Below are positions 1 to 8,382 of a stretch of 64,000 nucleotides of DNA, piece after piece. Position 1 is the stretch's first letter; every line of letters begins with the position of its first letter. The notes below the pieces were generated by a model. It saw only the letters and a list, made by a program, of their open reading frames with translations. It was not told the origin of the DNA and did not search any database. A program made the translations under genes and the position numbers. This DNA comes from a virus (Duplodnaviria > Caudoviricetes). Where the stretch lies: positions 1 to 64,000 of IMG/VR virus record IMGVR_UViG_3300042479_000799; one strand, 5' to 3'.

Positions 1-848
1 GGAATGAAGTTGTTGATAGTATAATCCATTGCTTTGATGAATTGATCACACATATTCTTTGAATTAATACCACCTTCATTCATTGCCCAACGACGACCTT
101 CCAAACCACACTTTTCACGTTGATCTGGAGTCATTAAATACCAATACATGATTGCTTCGGCAGATTCTTCCCATGTACAAACATCATCAAAGATATATGG
201 TGTTGGTACACTTCCTTGAATTGTTTTTACACATGGCCAAATAGGTTTAGCCCATACACCATGATTTTTATACTTACCAACACTATTGGTACCAAAATTC
301 AAATCAAATTCAATTTGTTTGCCGTTGTCATCTACTTGACCAATTTGATCTTGTAATCCACCAGTAACATTAACAATTACAGGAGTACCACTCATAATTG
401 ATTCCGCAATACTTAGACCAAATCCTTCATTTGAACTGGTTAAAATCGTTACATCTGCAATATTATACATTGCACACATTTCTTCGGGACTAATCTTGTT
501 TTCAACAAATACTACATCATAGTTAGGACACAACGCTTTAATTACTTCTGGTAGGTCCGTACCTGCATCTTGTACCTTTTCTGTATGTAATACAAATACA
601 CACTTAGCAGCTTGTTCTGGTGTAAGATTATCACAAAAAGCTCTAAAAGCTAATACTGCATTACTTGTCTTCTTGCGTTGTACATTACGACTATTATAGA
701 ACAATACGAAATCATATTGTTTATCACCGAATAGTTGTTTCTTTTTGTCTTTTACAAGTTTTTCGGTAGAACTCAATGGTCTAAATACATCACTGTTGAT
801 ACCGTGTGGAACTAAATGTAACAAATGTTTTTTATTTTTAAATGGCAT
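1..848 (-). CDS. GT4 (GT-B) glycosyltransferase, C-terminal half; runs off the window edge
   Basis: ATG at 848 opens MPFKNKKHLLHLVPHGINSDVFRP...NSRNVQRK...SSNEGFGLSIAESIMSGTPVIVNVTGGL (EGFG-x-E GT4 motif). No stop before position 1. Missing from the ORF track. Confidence 0.85.
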   Translation of the reverse strand, partial: MPFKNKKHLLHLVPHGINSDVFRPLSSTEKLVKDKKKQLFGDKQYDFVLFYNSRNVQRKKTSNAVLAFRAFCDNLTPEQAAKCVFVLHTEKVQDAGTDLPEVIKALCPNYDVVFVENKISPEEMCAMYNIADVTILTSSNEGFGLSIAESIMSGTPVIVNVTGGLQDQIGQVDDNGKQIEFDLNFGTNSVGKYKNHGVWAKPIWPCVKTIQGSVPTPYIFDDVCTWEESAEAIMYWYLMTPDQREKCGLEGRRWAMNEGGINSKNMCDQFIKAMDYTINNFI

Positions 849-857
849 AACTTTATA

Positions 858-1388
858 TTAAATTGGTTGATTGTTTACATCTTCTAATGAGAAACAGTTT
901 TCTGCTCCCAATACATGTTTGGCAATATTATTTGATTGTTTACTAATAGCAAACAATGCATCACAACTCTGATAGAATGGTTTATTCCACATTGGGTATG
1001 GCAAATCATCCCAGATATGAAGATATGTTAGTGGAATCTTTGAACGAACTTGTTTTTCAATTGCGTATAACCATCCCCAGAATCTAGGATCTGTAAAATG
1101 CATGATCGCATCTGGTTTTTCCGCTTGCATTACTGCAAATAACATTTGGTCACTGCCATAACCATCTACTGGATATAATTTAACATACGCATCTGGTACT
1201 TTTGTCATATCTCTTGTTGCTTGACTTAAATCAACAACTTTATTTGCTTCCGGATGTTTGATTGCTCCTGCAATTTGTACCCAATCATAATGATGAATTG
1301 TACCCAAGACTAATTCTCTGGACATAGTAGCAATACCACTATGCATACGCAAATCATCAGACAATAATAGAATTTTCTTTTTGCTCAT
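858..1388 (-). CDS. GT4 glycosyltransferase, N-terminal half
   Basis: KKILLLSDDLRMHSGIATMSRE...HFTDPRFW...WDDLPYP is a GT-B N-terminal Rossmann domain. It is in frame with 1..848 and separated from it by one TAA. Confidence 0.75.
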   Translation of the reverse strand: MSKKKILLLSDDLRMHSGIATMSRELVLGTIHHYDWVQIAGAIKHPEANKVVDLSQATRDMTKVPDAYVKLYPVDGYGSDQMLFAVMQAEKPDAIMHFTDPRFWGWLYAIEKQVRSKIPLTYLHIWDDLPYPMWNKPFYQSCDALFAISKQSNNIAKHVLGAENCFSLEDVNNQPI

Positions 1389-1615
1389 ACTTTTTTAGAT
1401 CCTGAAATGTTTAAAACGGTTTGTTGTGACGCTTCACTTAATAATGGTAATATAAAATTATAAAGTTTATCTCTAAATTCTTTGTCGTTCATATACAAAT
1501 ACATTGAACGACTTACCAAATCTTGTAAATTAAACTTACTTTTGATGTTATCAATTTTAAATGAATCGTATAACTGTTTGTTTACTTTTATTGTTGTTAT
1601 ACTATCATATTTCAT
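1385..1615 (-). CDS. small putative DNA-binding protein (ribbon-helix-helix-like)
   Basis: TTIKVNKQLYDSF...LQDLVSRSMYLY beta-helix-helix pattern; 4-nt overlap with the next gene. Confidence 0.45.
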   Translation of the reverse strand: MKYDSITTIKVNKQLYDSFKIDNIKSKFNLQDLVSRSMYLYMNDKEFRDKLYNFILPLLSEASQQTVLNISGSKKV

Positions 1616-1655
1616 ATAACATATATGTATATGTACAATTACATATATATTAATT

Positions 1656-2564
1656 TTAATTTAATAATTTATCTTCTTTACCGTTGCAATTTACTTTGTG
1701 ATGTGAACAGTATTTACAGTTCTTTTTAGCTTTGCCAGGAATCTTTGGATACGAACCATTAACATTATAAGTTCCTTCTGTAGTAAAACATTCAGTGACG
1801 AATGTACCAAAATCATTGATAGTGGATATTACTGCTTGTTTATTATGCATTGGTTCAAAGATTTGAATACGACTTTGTGGGAAATCTACATTTTCATATA
1901 GTTTTCTCTTCAAGATGAAGAATTCCACTTCTATCATGTTCAAATCTACAGCGAACTTCTTCGCATAAAATGCTTTATACAGTAAGATCTGACTGAACTT
2001 CGCTGGATCTTCCTTTTGATACTTATTCCATCCGTTGGAGCTAGTTTTAAAGTCGTAAATCTTATACTTACCAGTTTCTTTATCTTTAAGAACCAAGTCT
2101 AGATATGCAATGAAATCTACATTGTTTTTAATAGACATATCCAGTGGTACTTCAATACCAATAAATTCATATTTTTGTGACGGAAAGTATTTGATACGAT
2201 TCTTTGAACTTAGAAATGTCTTTAAGATATCTTCTCCGTCAAATACAAATTCAGTATATTCATCATCTGTATAAGTGAACTTAGATCCTGGTTTATTTTT
2301 TTCTTTCTGGATTTCTTCTTCAAACTTAACTTTGAATAATTCAAACAAATTGATACTATCTGCTTTTTCAACAGATTCAGTATACAATGATTGCAAGAAA
2401 GTTTGAACAGAATGATGAATAGCAGTACCAAAGAAGATATTTAAACTGGCATCATAGATTCGTTTACCTTCCAGATAGTTAAGTTTCCAACTGTATGGAC
2501 ACTTCATCCACATTGAATATTGGCTAAAACTCACTCTTTTCTTTTTTATTTCTTGTAATTCCAT
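1656..2564 (-). CDS. PD-(D/E)XK nuclease, Cas4/RecB-like, with probable Fe-S cysteines
   Basis: SFSQYSMWMKCP, FGTAIH, YLDLVL, IYDFKT, SQILLY and C-terminal CKYC-x6-C. Confidence 0.85.
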   Translation of the reverse strand: MELQEIKKKRVSFSQYSMWMKCPYSWKLNYLEGKRIYDASLNIFFGTAIHHSVQTFLQSLYTESVEKADSINLFELFKVKFEEEIQKEKNKPGSKFTYTDDEYTEFVFDGEDILKTFLSSKNRIKYFPSQKYEFIGIEVPLDMSIKNNVDFIAYLDLVLKDKETGKYKIYDFKTSSNGWNKYQKEDPAKFSQILLYKAFYAKKFAVDLNMIEVEFFILKRKLYENVDFPQSRIQIFEPMHNKQAVISTINDFGTFVTECFTTEGTYNVNGSYPKIPGKAKKNCKYCSHHKVNCNGKEDKLLN

Positions 2565-2570
2565 TTGTAT

Positions 2571-2598
2571 ACTTTACACTATAATTAATATAAGTCAA
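2571..2598 (-). promoter_or_regulatory. sigma70-type promoter for the nuclease operon
   Basis: TTGACT-16nt-TAAAGT on the minus strand, 7 nt before the ATG at 2564. Confidence 0.55.
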
Positions 2599-2621
2599 TT
2601 TATAACAACTATTTATCCCAT

Positions 2622-3356
2622 ATGAACAAAATTATAATTATTCTACTAAGCTGTATGTCCTTGTTTGCCAACGAATTATTTTTGTATGACGCAAACGAAA
2701 AGACGGAACTATCCGAAGTCATTGATAACAAATTAAACTTATTATCAACCACCAGTGGCAAAACATTCACACTATCAAATGGTTTGTCTATCACTACCAA
2801 AACCAACGATTATGCCAATTATGTATTTCCCCATAAAATTGCGGTAAACCAATTGGAAAATACATCTGTGTATTTTAGTCAAACACAAATAGTATATGAA
2901 AACGATTTCAAATTGCCAGATATCGTTAAAGTAAAAGACAGTTTGTTTAATTTTACATTTGACGGTGAAATTTATTGCGTTAATGCAACTACAAATGTAT
3001 ACAATATCGGTACAGCTATGGGATTCATTAACATTGGTAAATGTAAATTCTTTGCTAAATCTGGTACAAAATATACGCATGTATATGTAGTAGAAGGTAC
3101 AATTCTGGTATTGGATGGTAAATCCAGCAAAAAGAAACAATTAAAAGAAGGTGACTATTTGGTTATTACACCACAAGTTAATTTAAGTCCAAGAAGCAAT
3201 GTGGGTATCAGCACCGGAAATAGTTTCAGCGTCAAAGAAGTAGATGATGTTGAAAAAGAAATTCACACAAAAGAATTGGAAAAATTAAAAAATAAACTTG
3301 ACAATGTTTTGTTTGTTAGTTATAGTACCAATATATTTGGCATCAAACTAAAATGA
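2622..3356 (+). CDS. secreted FecR-like domain protein
   Basis: Signal-peptide-like MNKIIIILLSCMSLFA; beta-rich core with THVYVVEGTILV followed by QLKEGD, typical of FecR domains. Confidence 0.55.
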   Translation: MNKIIIILLSCMSLFANELFLYDANEKTELSEVIDNKLNLLSTTSGKTFTLSNGLSITTKTNDYANYVFPHKIAVNQLENTSVYFSQTQIVYENDFKLPDIVKVKDSLFNFTFDGEIYCVNATTNVYNIGTAMGFINIGKCKFFAKSGTKYTHVYVVEGTILVLDGKSSKKKQLKEGDYLVITPQVNLSPRSNVGISTGNSFSVKEVDDVEKEIHTKELEKLKNKLDNVLFVSYSTNIFGIKLK

Positions 3357-3580
3357 CATTAGACCAGTTACAATCGTTATCGGAAGATGAAGTTACAATG
3401 CTTTGGGGTATAGTTAATATGGGAAATCCTCCTGTATTAACTGGTCAAGAATTGGAACCAACACTTTTTCCGTTTATAAAAGAAAATAAACTTAAAGATA
3501 GAGTGATTCAATTTGACAAATATGTCAAACCAGAATATATTGAATTATACAGTTCACTAAAAAGTAAGTTAAGTTATTAA
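3353..3580 (+). CDS. hypothetical protein
   Basis: 75-aa ORF with ATGA overlap and operon context. Confidence 0.6.
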   Translation: MTLDQLQSLSEDEVTMLWGIVNMGNPPVLTGQELEPTLFPFIKENKLKDRVIQFDKYVKPEYIELYSSLKSKLSY

Positions 3581-3582
3581 TC

Positions 3583-6135
3583 GTGTATAAAAACATATTT
3601 GTAGATAAAAAAGAAAATGTAGTCCACTTGTGGGATGATGAAAGTACAGGTAATCCTCCATATGTTAAATTTCCATTTAGAAATTATGCATATAGAAAAA
3701 GTCCAAATGGAACTCATCGATCAATTTACGGTGATAAACTTGAAAAAATTCATAATTTTAATCCAAGAGATCCGTCACTATTTGAAAGTGATGTTCCAAT
3801 AGAAACTCGTATTCTAATTGACGGTTATGAAGACAGTGATGAACCATCAAAAGGTCACCGTGTAGTAACCATCGACATTGAGGTTAGTACCGAAGGCGGA
3901 TTTCCCGTCATTAAAGAAGGTGATAAAGAAATTACTGCTATTGCTATTTATGATGATTTAACACAGAAATACACCGTATTCATTTTGGATTTGGAACGGA
4001 AGATTCAAGACAGTGTTAATGATAATGTTGAAATCAAATCATTTGATAATGAAGAATCATTGTTGATGCATTTCTTTACTAAGTGGGAAGAAATTCAACC
4101 TACCATTGTTACTGGTTGGAACATTGATAACTTTGATATGATTTACTTATATAACCGTGCAAAACGTGTTGTAGGTGAAACCAATGCAAACCGTTTGAGT
4201 CCGATTGGTATTTGTTATTTTAACAAGTTCTTGGAACGTATGACTATTGCTGGTGTATCTTGTTTGGATTATATGATTCTATACAAGAAGTTCAGTGGTA
4301 AAAATGAACCTAGTTATGCTCTAGGTGCTATTGGTAAGAAAGTTGTTAATATTGAAAAGATCAGTTACAAAGGTAGTTTGAATGATTTGTTTAAAGAAGA
4401 TATTAGCAAATACATTGAATATAACTTAAATGACGTAAAGATTGTTGTTGCTCTTGATAAGAAACTTCAGTTTATTGATTTGGCTAGGGGTATATGTCAT
4501 ACTGGTCATGTAGGTTATGAGAATTTCGGTATGAGTTCTAGGTTTTTGGAAGGTGCTATTCTTATTTATCTACGTAGAAAGAAACAGGTTGCTCCTAACA
4601 AGTCATTGGAAGGACGAGCTGAATATGAAAACCAATTGGAACAAAATGAAGAAGGTTTTGAAGGTGCTTATGTTAAAGATCCTATTCCCGGTCGTTATGA
4701 ATGGGTGTTTGATTTGGATCTTACATCAATGTATCCGAATATCATCATCAGTCTTAATATCAGTCCAGAGACTAAAGTAGGAAAAGTTGACAATTGGAAT
4801 GTTGAAGAATATGTAAAGAACGGAACCAATAATTTATACATTTCAGGAAATCCATATACTCCCGCAGATTTTAAAGCAATGTTGACGGAAAGCAATTTGA
4901 GTGTTGCTAGTAATGGTGTTCTTTATAAGAAACCAGATCTAAATGGTGAAATGGGAACTGTTCCTAGTATTCTAGTGAAGTGGTTCAATGAACGTAAAAA
5001 TTTAAGAAAGTTAGCTAAGAAACACGCAGATGCAAAAGAATGGGAGTTATATGAATTTTATGATAACAGACAAAAGATTCAAAAGATTTTGCTTAACAGT
5101 ATTTACGGTTGTTTGGGTCTACCTGTGTTCCGTTTTTATGATAAGGACAATGCCGCAGCGGTAACATTAACAGGTCAAGATATTATCAAGACAGCAGAAA
5201 AATCAATGAATCAATATTTCAAGAAAACATTGAATGAATCTGATAATAAAGACTATGTTATATATGTAGATACCGATTCATGTTTTGCTAGTGCTTTACC
5301 TATCATCAAGAAAACTATGCCTGATATAGATTTGAATGATGAAAAACAAATGACGGACGCTATTTTAAAAGTAACTGAAGAATCTCAAATCTATGTAAAC
5401 AAGATGTTTGATATTATGGCAGACCGTATGTTTAATGTTCAAAATCATCGTTTTGATGCAAAACAAGAAGTTATTGCAAAGACATCATTTTGGTTGGCTA
5501 AGAAACGTTATTGTCAATTCATTATCAATAAAGGTGGTGTAGTATGTGATGAATTGGAAGTAAAAGGCATTGACGTTGTACGAACATCATTTCCAGCTAA
5601 ATTCAGGTCATTCATGCATGGTTTCTTGATTGACTTACTTAAAAAGGTGGATAAAGAGACTATTGATAAGAACATTCTAGACTTTAAAGATAGTATCAAA
5701 ACATTGAATGTTATTGATATTGCTAAGAACACAAGCGTCAAGTTTAGTAGTCTAGATAAAACCAAAGTATATGATAGTAATAAACGACAAGCATTTAAGT
5801 TTGTAAGTGGTACACCAGCACAAGCTAAAGCAGCATTGGCTTACAATGATTTATTGGTTAAATGGAATTTGATTAAAGTTATTCCTAAGATTCTACATGG
5901 TCAAAAAATCAAATGGGTATACATGAAACAGAATGAATATGGTATTGAAGGGTTGGCTATGAAAGCTGATGGTACTGATCCAGATGAAATCATGGATTTC
6001 ATTTTGAAGTATGTTGATCGTGAAGCAATGTATGAACAAGAACTAAAGAGTAAATTGGAAGACTTTTATAAAGTTCTTGGTTGGGATTATCCTAATGAAA
6101 ATGATGCTAAAGCTAGTGAGTTTTTCGGATTTTAA
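3583..6135 (+). CDS. polB: family B DNA polymerase (T4 gp43-like) with 3'-5' exonuclease
   Basis: Exo motifs DIEV, GWNIDNFD, YNLNDV; polymerase motifs DLTSMYP, KILLNSIYG, YVDTDS, KKRY. GTG start. Confidence 0.97.
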   Translation: MYKNIFVDKKENVVHLWDDESTGNPPYVKFPFRNYAYRKSPNGTHRSIYGDKLEKIHNFNPRDPSLFESDVPIETRILIDGYEDSDEPSKGHRVVTIDIEVSTEGGFPVIKEGDKEITAIAIYDDLTQKYTVFILDLERKIQDSVNDNVEIKSFDNEESLLMHFFTKWEEIQPTIVTGWNIDNFDMIYLYNRAKRVVGETNANRLSPIGICYFNKFLERMTIAGVSCLDYMILYKKFSGKNEPSYALGAIGKKVVNIEKISYKGSLNDLFKEDISKYIEYNLNDVKIVVALDKKLQFIDLARGICHTGHVGYENFGMSSRFLEGAILIYLRRKKQVAPNKSLEGRAEYENQLEQNEEGFEGAYVKDPIPGRYEWVFDLDLTSMYPNIIISLNISPETKVGKVDNWNVEEYVKNGTNNLYISGNPYTPADFKAMLTESNLSVASNGVLYKKPDLNGEMGTVPSILVKWFNERKNLRKLAKKHADAKEWELYEFYDNRQKIQKILLNSIYGCLGLPVFRFYDKDNAAAVTLTGQDIIKTAEKSMNQYFKKTLNESDNKDYVIYVDTDSCFASALPIIKKTMPDIDLNDEKQMTDAILKVTEESQIYVNKMFDIMADRMFNVQNHRFDAKQEVIAKTSFWLAKKRYCQFIINKGGVVCDELEVKGIDVVRTSFPAKFRSFMHGFLIDLLKKVDKETIDKNILDFKDSIKTLNVIDIAKNTSVKFSSLDKTKVYDSNKRQAFKFVSGTPAQAKAALAYNDLLVKWNLIKVIPKILHGQKIKWVYMKQNEYGIEGLAMKADGTDPDEIMDFILKYVDREAMYEQELKSKLEDFYKVLGWDYPNENDAKASEFFGF

Positions 6136-6140
6136 TTATT

Positions 6141-6557
6141 ATGAGTAAATATAAAGAAATGTTAACCATTCCATTAGAGAGTGGATTGAATATCCCTTTG
6201 TTTCTAACTGCTCCAAATTTTGTTATTTCTAATGGTTATAACAGAGTGGTTATAGGACAACGGGGACCATATGTGGAATTTAATAAAAATCAAATCTTTT
6301 GCAATAGATTGTATATACCAAACAGTCAATTATATAGATTAAGTGATCCAAAAGTATATTATATTGAATTTAGAACAACCGATTTTGATGCAAAAGTATA
6401 TTATCAAATGAGAAGTGTAGCATATGCAGACTATAAGATAGGATGTTTTTATATTTCACCAAATGATTTATTTAAAGTTGACGGAACTCCCTGCATAATT
6501 TTGCCGGACGATTGTACAGATACAGCTAAACAATTTTTTGACTTTGAATCAAAATAA
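6141..6557 (+). CDS. hypothetical protein between polymerase and clamp
   Basis: 138-aa ORF containing RVVIGQRGPYVEF; function not recognised. Confidence 0.65.
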   Translation: MSKYKEMLTIPLESGLNIPLFLTAPNFVISNGYNRVVIGQRGPYVEFNKNQIFCNRLYIPNSQLYRLSDPKVYYIEFRTTDFDAKVYYQMRSVAYADYKIGCFYISPNDLFKVDGTPCIILPDDCTDTAKQFFDFESK

Positions 6558-6599
6558 AAAATAGACAAAACAAAAAAACAGTGGTATATTAAAAAAGTT

Positions 6600-7337
6600 A
6601 TGACAAAAGAAACATTAAAAACATTCATTAATAAGTATTATCTAGGTGGAACAGTCGAATCCGTAAAGTGGGTTGCGAATACATCAAACAAACAATTGAT
6701 TACAAACGCAATTACAGAGGATAAGAATGTTCTATTGAAGGTAACCCTCAACAACTTCAGTGATTTAGAAGATGGTGAATTGGGTATCAACGATACATCA
6801 AAGCTGGTTAAACTTCTTGGTGTATTGAAAGATGAAATCAAGACAGAATATAATAAAGTTGGTGATAAGATTACTAGTGTAGTATTCAGTGACGAAAGTA
6901 CTGATGTACAGTATGTTATTGCAGACTTGAGTGTAATTCCATCAGCTCCTCCACTTAAGAAAATTCCACCGTTTACGGTTGAAATTCCGTTGGATGCTGA
7001 ATTTATTTCTAAGTTTGTATCATCTAAAGGTGCATTGGCTGATGTAGATACATTTACGTTGATGATGAATAAGAAAGGTAAGTTAGAAATGATCATTGGT
7101 TATTCAAGTATCAATAGTAATCGTATTAAATTGGCAGTAAATGCTGTTGAAGGTAAAGATACTGTTACCAAGAACATTAACTTCAATGCAAATCATCTAA
7201 AGGAAATTCTTCTTGCTAATAGGGATTGTACCAATGCTCACTTGAAGGTAAGTGAAGCTGGATTGGCAAGTGTTGAATTCGTATGTGGTGACATTACTGC
7301 TGAATATTACCTCGTTGAAGTCAAGAGTATTGATTAA
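6600..7337 (+). CDS. DNA sliding clamp (gp45/PCNA-like)
   Basis: 245 aa, two-fold beta-alpha pattern (NKYYLGGTVESVKW...YVIADLSVIP...AEYYLV), located between polB and the clamp loader. Confidence 0.8.
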   Translation: MTKETLKTFINKYYLGGTVESVKWVANTSNKQLITNAITEDKNVLLKVTLNNFSDLEDGELGINDTSKLVKLLGVLKDEIKTEYNKVGDKITSVVFSDESTDVQYVIADLSVIPSAPPLKKIPPFTVEIPLDAEFISKFVSSKGALADVDTFTLMMNKKGKLEMIIGYSSINSNRIKLAVNAVEGKDTVTKNINFNANHLKEILLANRDCTNAHLKVSEAGLASVEFVCGDITAEYYLVEVKSID

Positions 7338-7355
7338 TTATTATTAATGAATGTG

Positions 7356-7389
7356 ACCCCGTATATTGTAAAGTATACGGGGTTTTTTT
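7356..7389 (+). terminator. rho-independent terminator
   Basis: ACCCCGTATA-loop-TATACGGGGT followed by a T-run. Confidence 0.85.
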
Positions 7390-7394
7390 GTGGG

Positions 7395-7422
7395 TTGACA
7401 TTTGCATTTTTTGTGGTAAACT
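7395..7422 (+). promoter_or_regulatory. sigma70 promoter with extended -10
   Basis: TTGACA-16nt-TGnTAAACT directly upstream of the ATG at 7432. Confidence 0.7.
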
Positions 7423-7431
7423 ATTAAAGAT

Positions 7432-8382
7432 ATGGGTTTTATTGAATTTGAAGAAATTAAACAGACTGAAACGCAACATTATCTGTGGGTTGAGAAGTAT
7501 CGTCCCAACACATTGGAAAATTATATTGGAAATCAACAGTTAAAGGATACTGTAAAGAGTTATATTGAAAAACACGATATTCCACATTTGTTGTTTTATG
7601 GTACTGCTGGTACTGGTAAAACAACCTTGGCTAAGACAATTACAAAGAACATTGATTGTGATGTGATGTATATCAATGCATCAGATGAAAACAGTGTAGA
7701 TAATGTAAGAACCAAGATTAAGAGTTTTGCTAGTAGTGTTGGGTTTAGAAAGATTAAAGTTATTATTCTTGACGAAGCTGACTTCTTGAGTCCGGAAGCT
7801 CAAGCGGCTCTTCGTAATATGATGGAAACCTATAGTTTGACTACACGATTTATTTTGACTTGTAACTATGTGGAAAAGATTATTCCTGCTCTAGTTTCCC
7901 GTTGTCAGACATATAAGATTGAACCATTGAGTAAGAAAGAAGTAGCAGTACATCTAAAAACTATTTTAGACAAAGAAACTGTACAATACACACCAGAAGA
8001 TTTGGGATATATTGTTAACACATACTATCCAGATATTCGTAAGATTCTTAATTACAGTCAACAGAGTGTTATTGATAATAAAATTAAAATTAGTGAATTG
8101 AACAGCACCAATGTTGATGTTAAGAATAAGATCGTTGAATTATTGAAGATTCGTAGTTCAACTGCTTTTAATGATATTAGGCAATTAGTTGCTGATAGTG
8201 ATATCAAACATTATGAAGAGATTTATGAAGTGTTGTTTGATAAGGTGGATGAATATTCAAATAATAAACAAACACTTGTAATTTTAACTTTGGCGGAATA
8301 TATATATCAAAGTGCAATGGTTGTAAATCGTGAGATTACTTTTATGGCTTGTATTGCAAAGTTACTTAAAGATTTAAAATAA
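7432..8382 (+). CDS. clamp loader AAA+ subunit (RFC small / gp44-like)
   Basis: LWVEKYRP, GTAGTGKTT, ILDEADFL, SRC motifs. Confidence 0.95.
   Translation: MGFIEFEEIKQTETQHYLWVEKYRPNTLENYIGNQQLKDTVKSYIEKHDIPHLLFYGTAGTGKTTLAKTITKNIDCDVMYINASDENSVDNVRTKIKSFASSVGFRKIKVIILDEADFLSPEAQAALRNMMETYSLTTRFILTCNYVEKIIPALVSRCQTYKIEPLSKKEVAVHLKTILDKETVQYTPEDLGYIVNTYYPDIRKILNYSQQSVIDNKIKISELNSTNVDVKNKIVELLKIRSSTAFNDIRQLVADSDIKHYEEIYEVLFDKVDEYSNNKQTLVILTLAEYIYQSAMVVNREITFMACIAKLLKDLK

Noticed and set aside
858-860. In-frame TAA as evidence of genome-wide stop-codon reassignment
   Set aside because: TAA, TGA (many ATGA overlaps) and TAG (18230-18232) all end genes normally, long genes are intact in code 11, and no suppressor tRNA is present.
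1656-6135. Cas4-like gene plus PolB suggesting a casposon or CRISPR-Cas locus
   Set aside because: No Cas1, no terminal inverted repeats and no repeat-spacer array. The PolB is RNA-primed type with clamp and loader.
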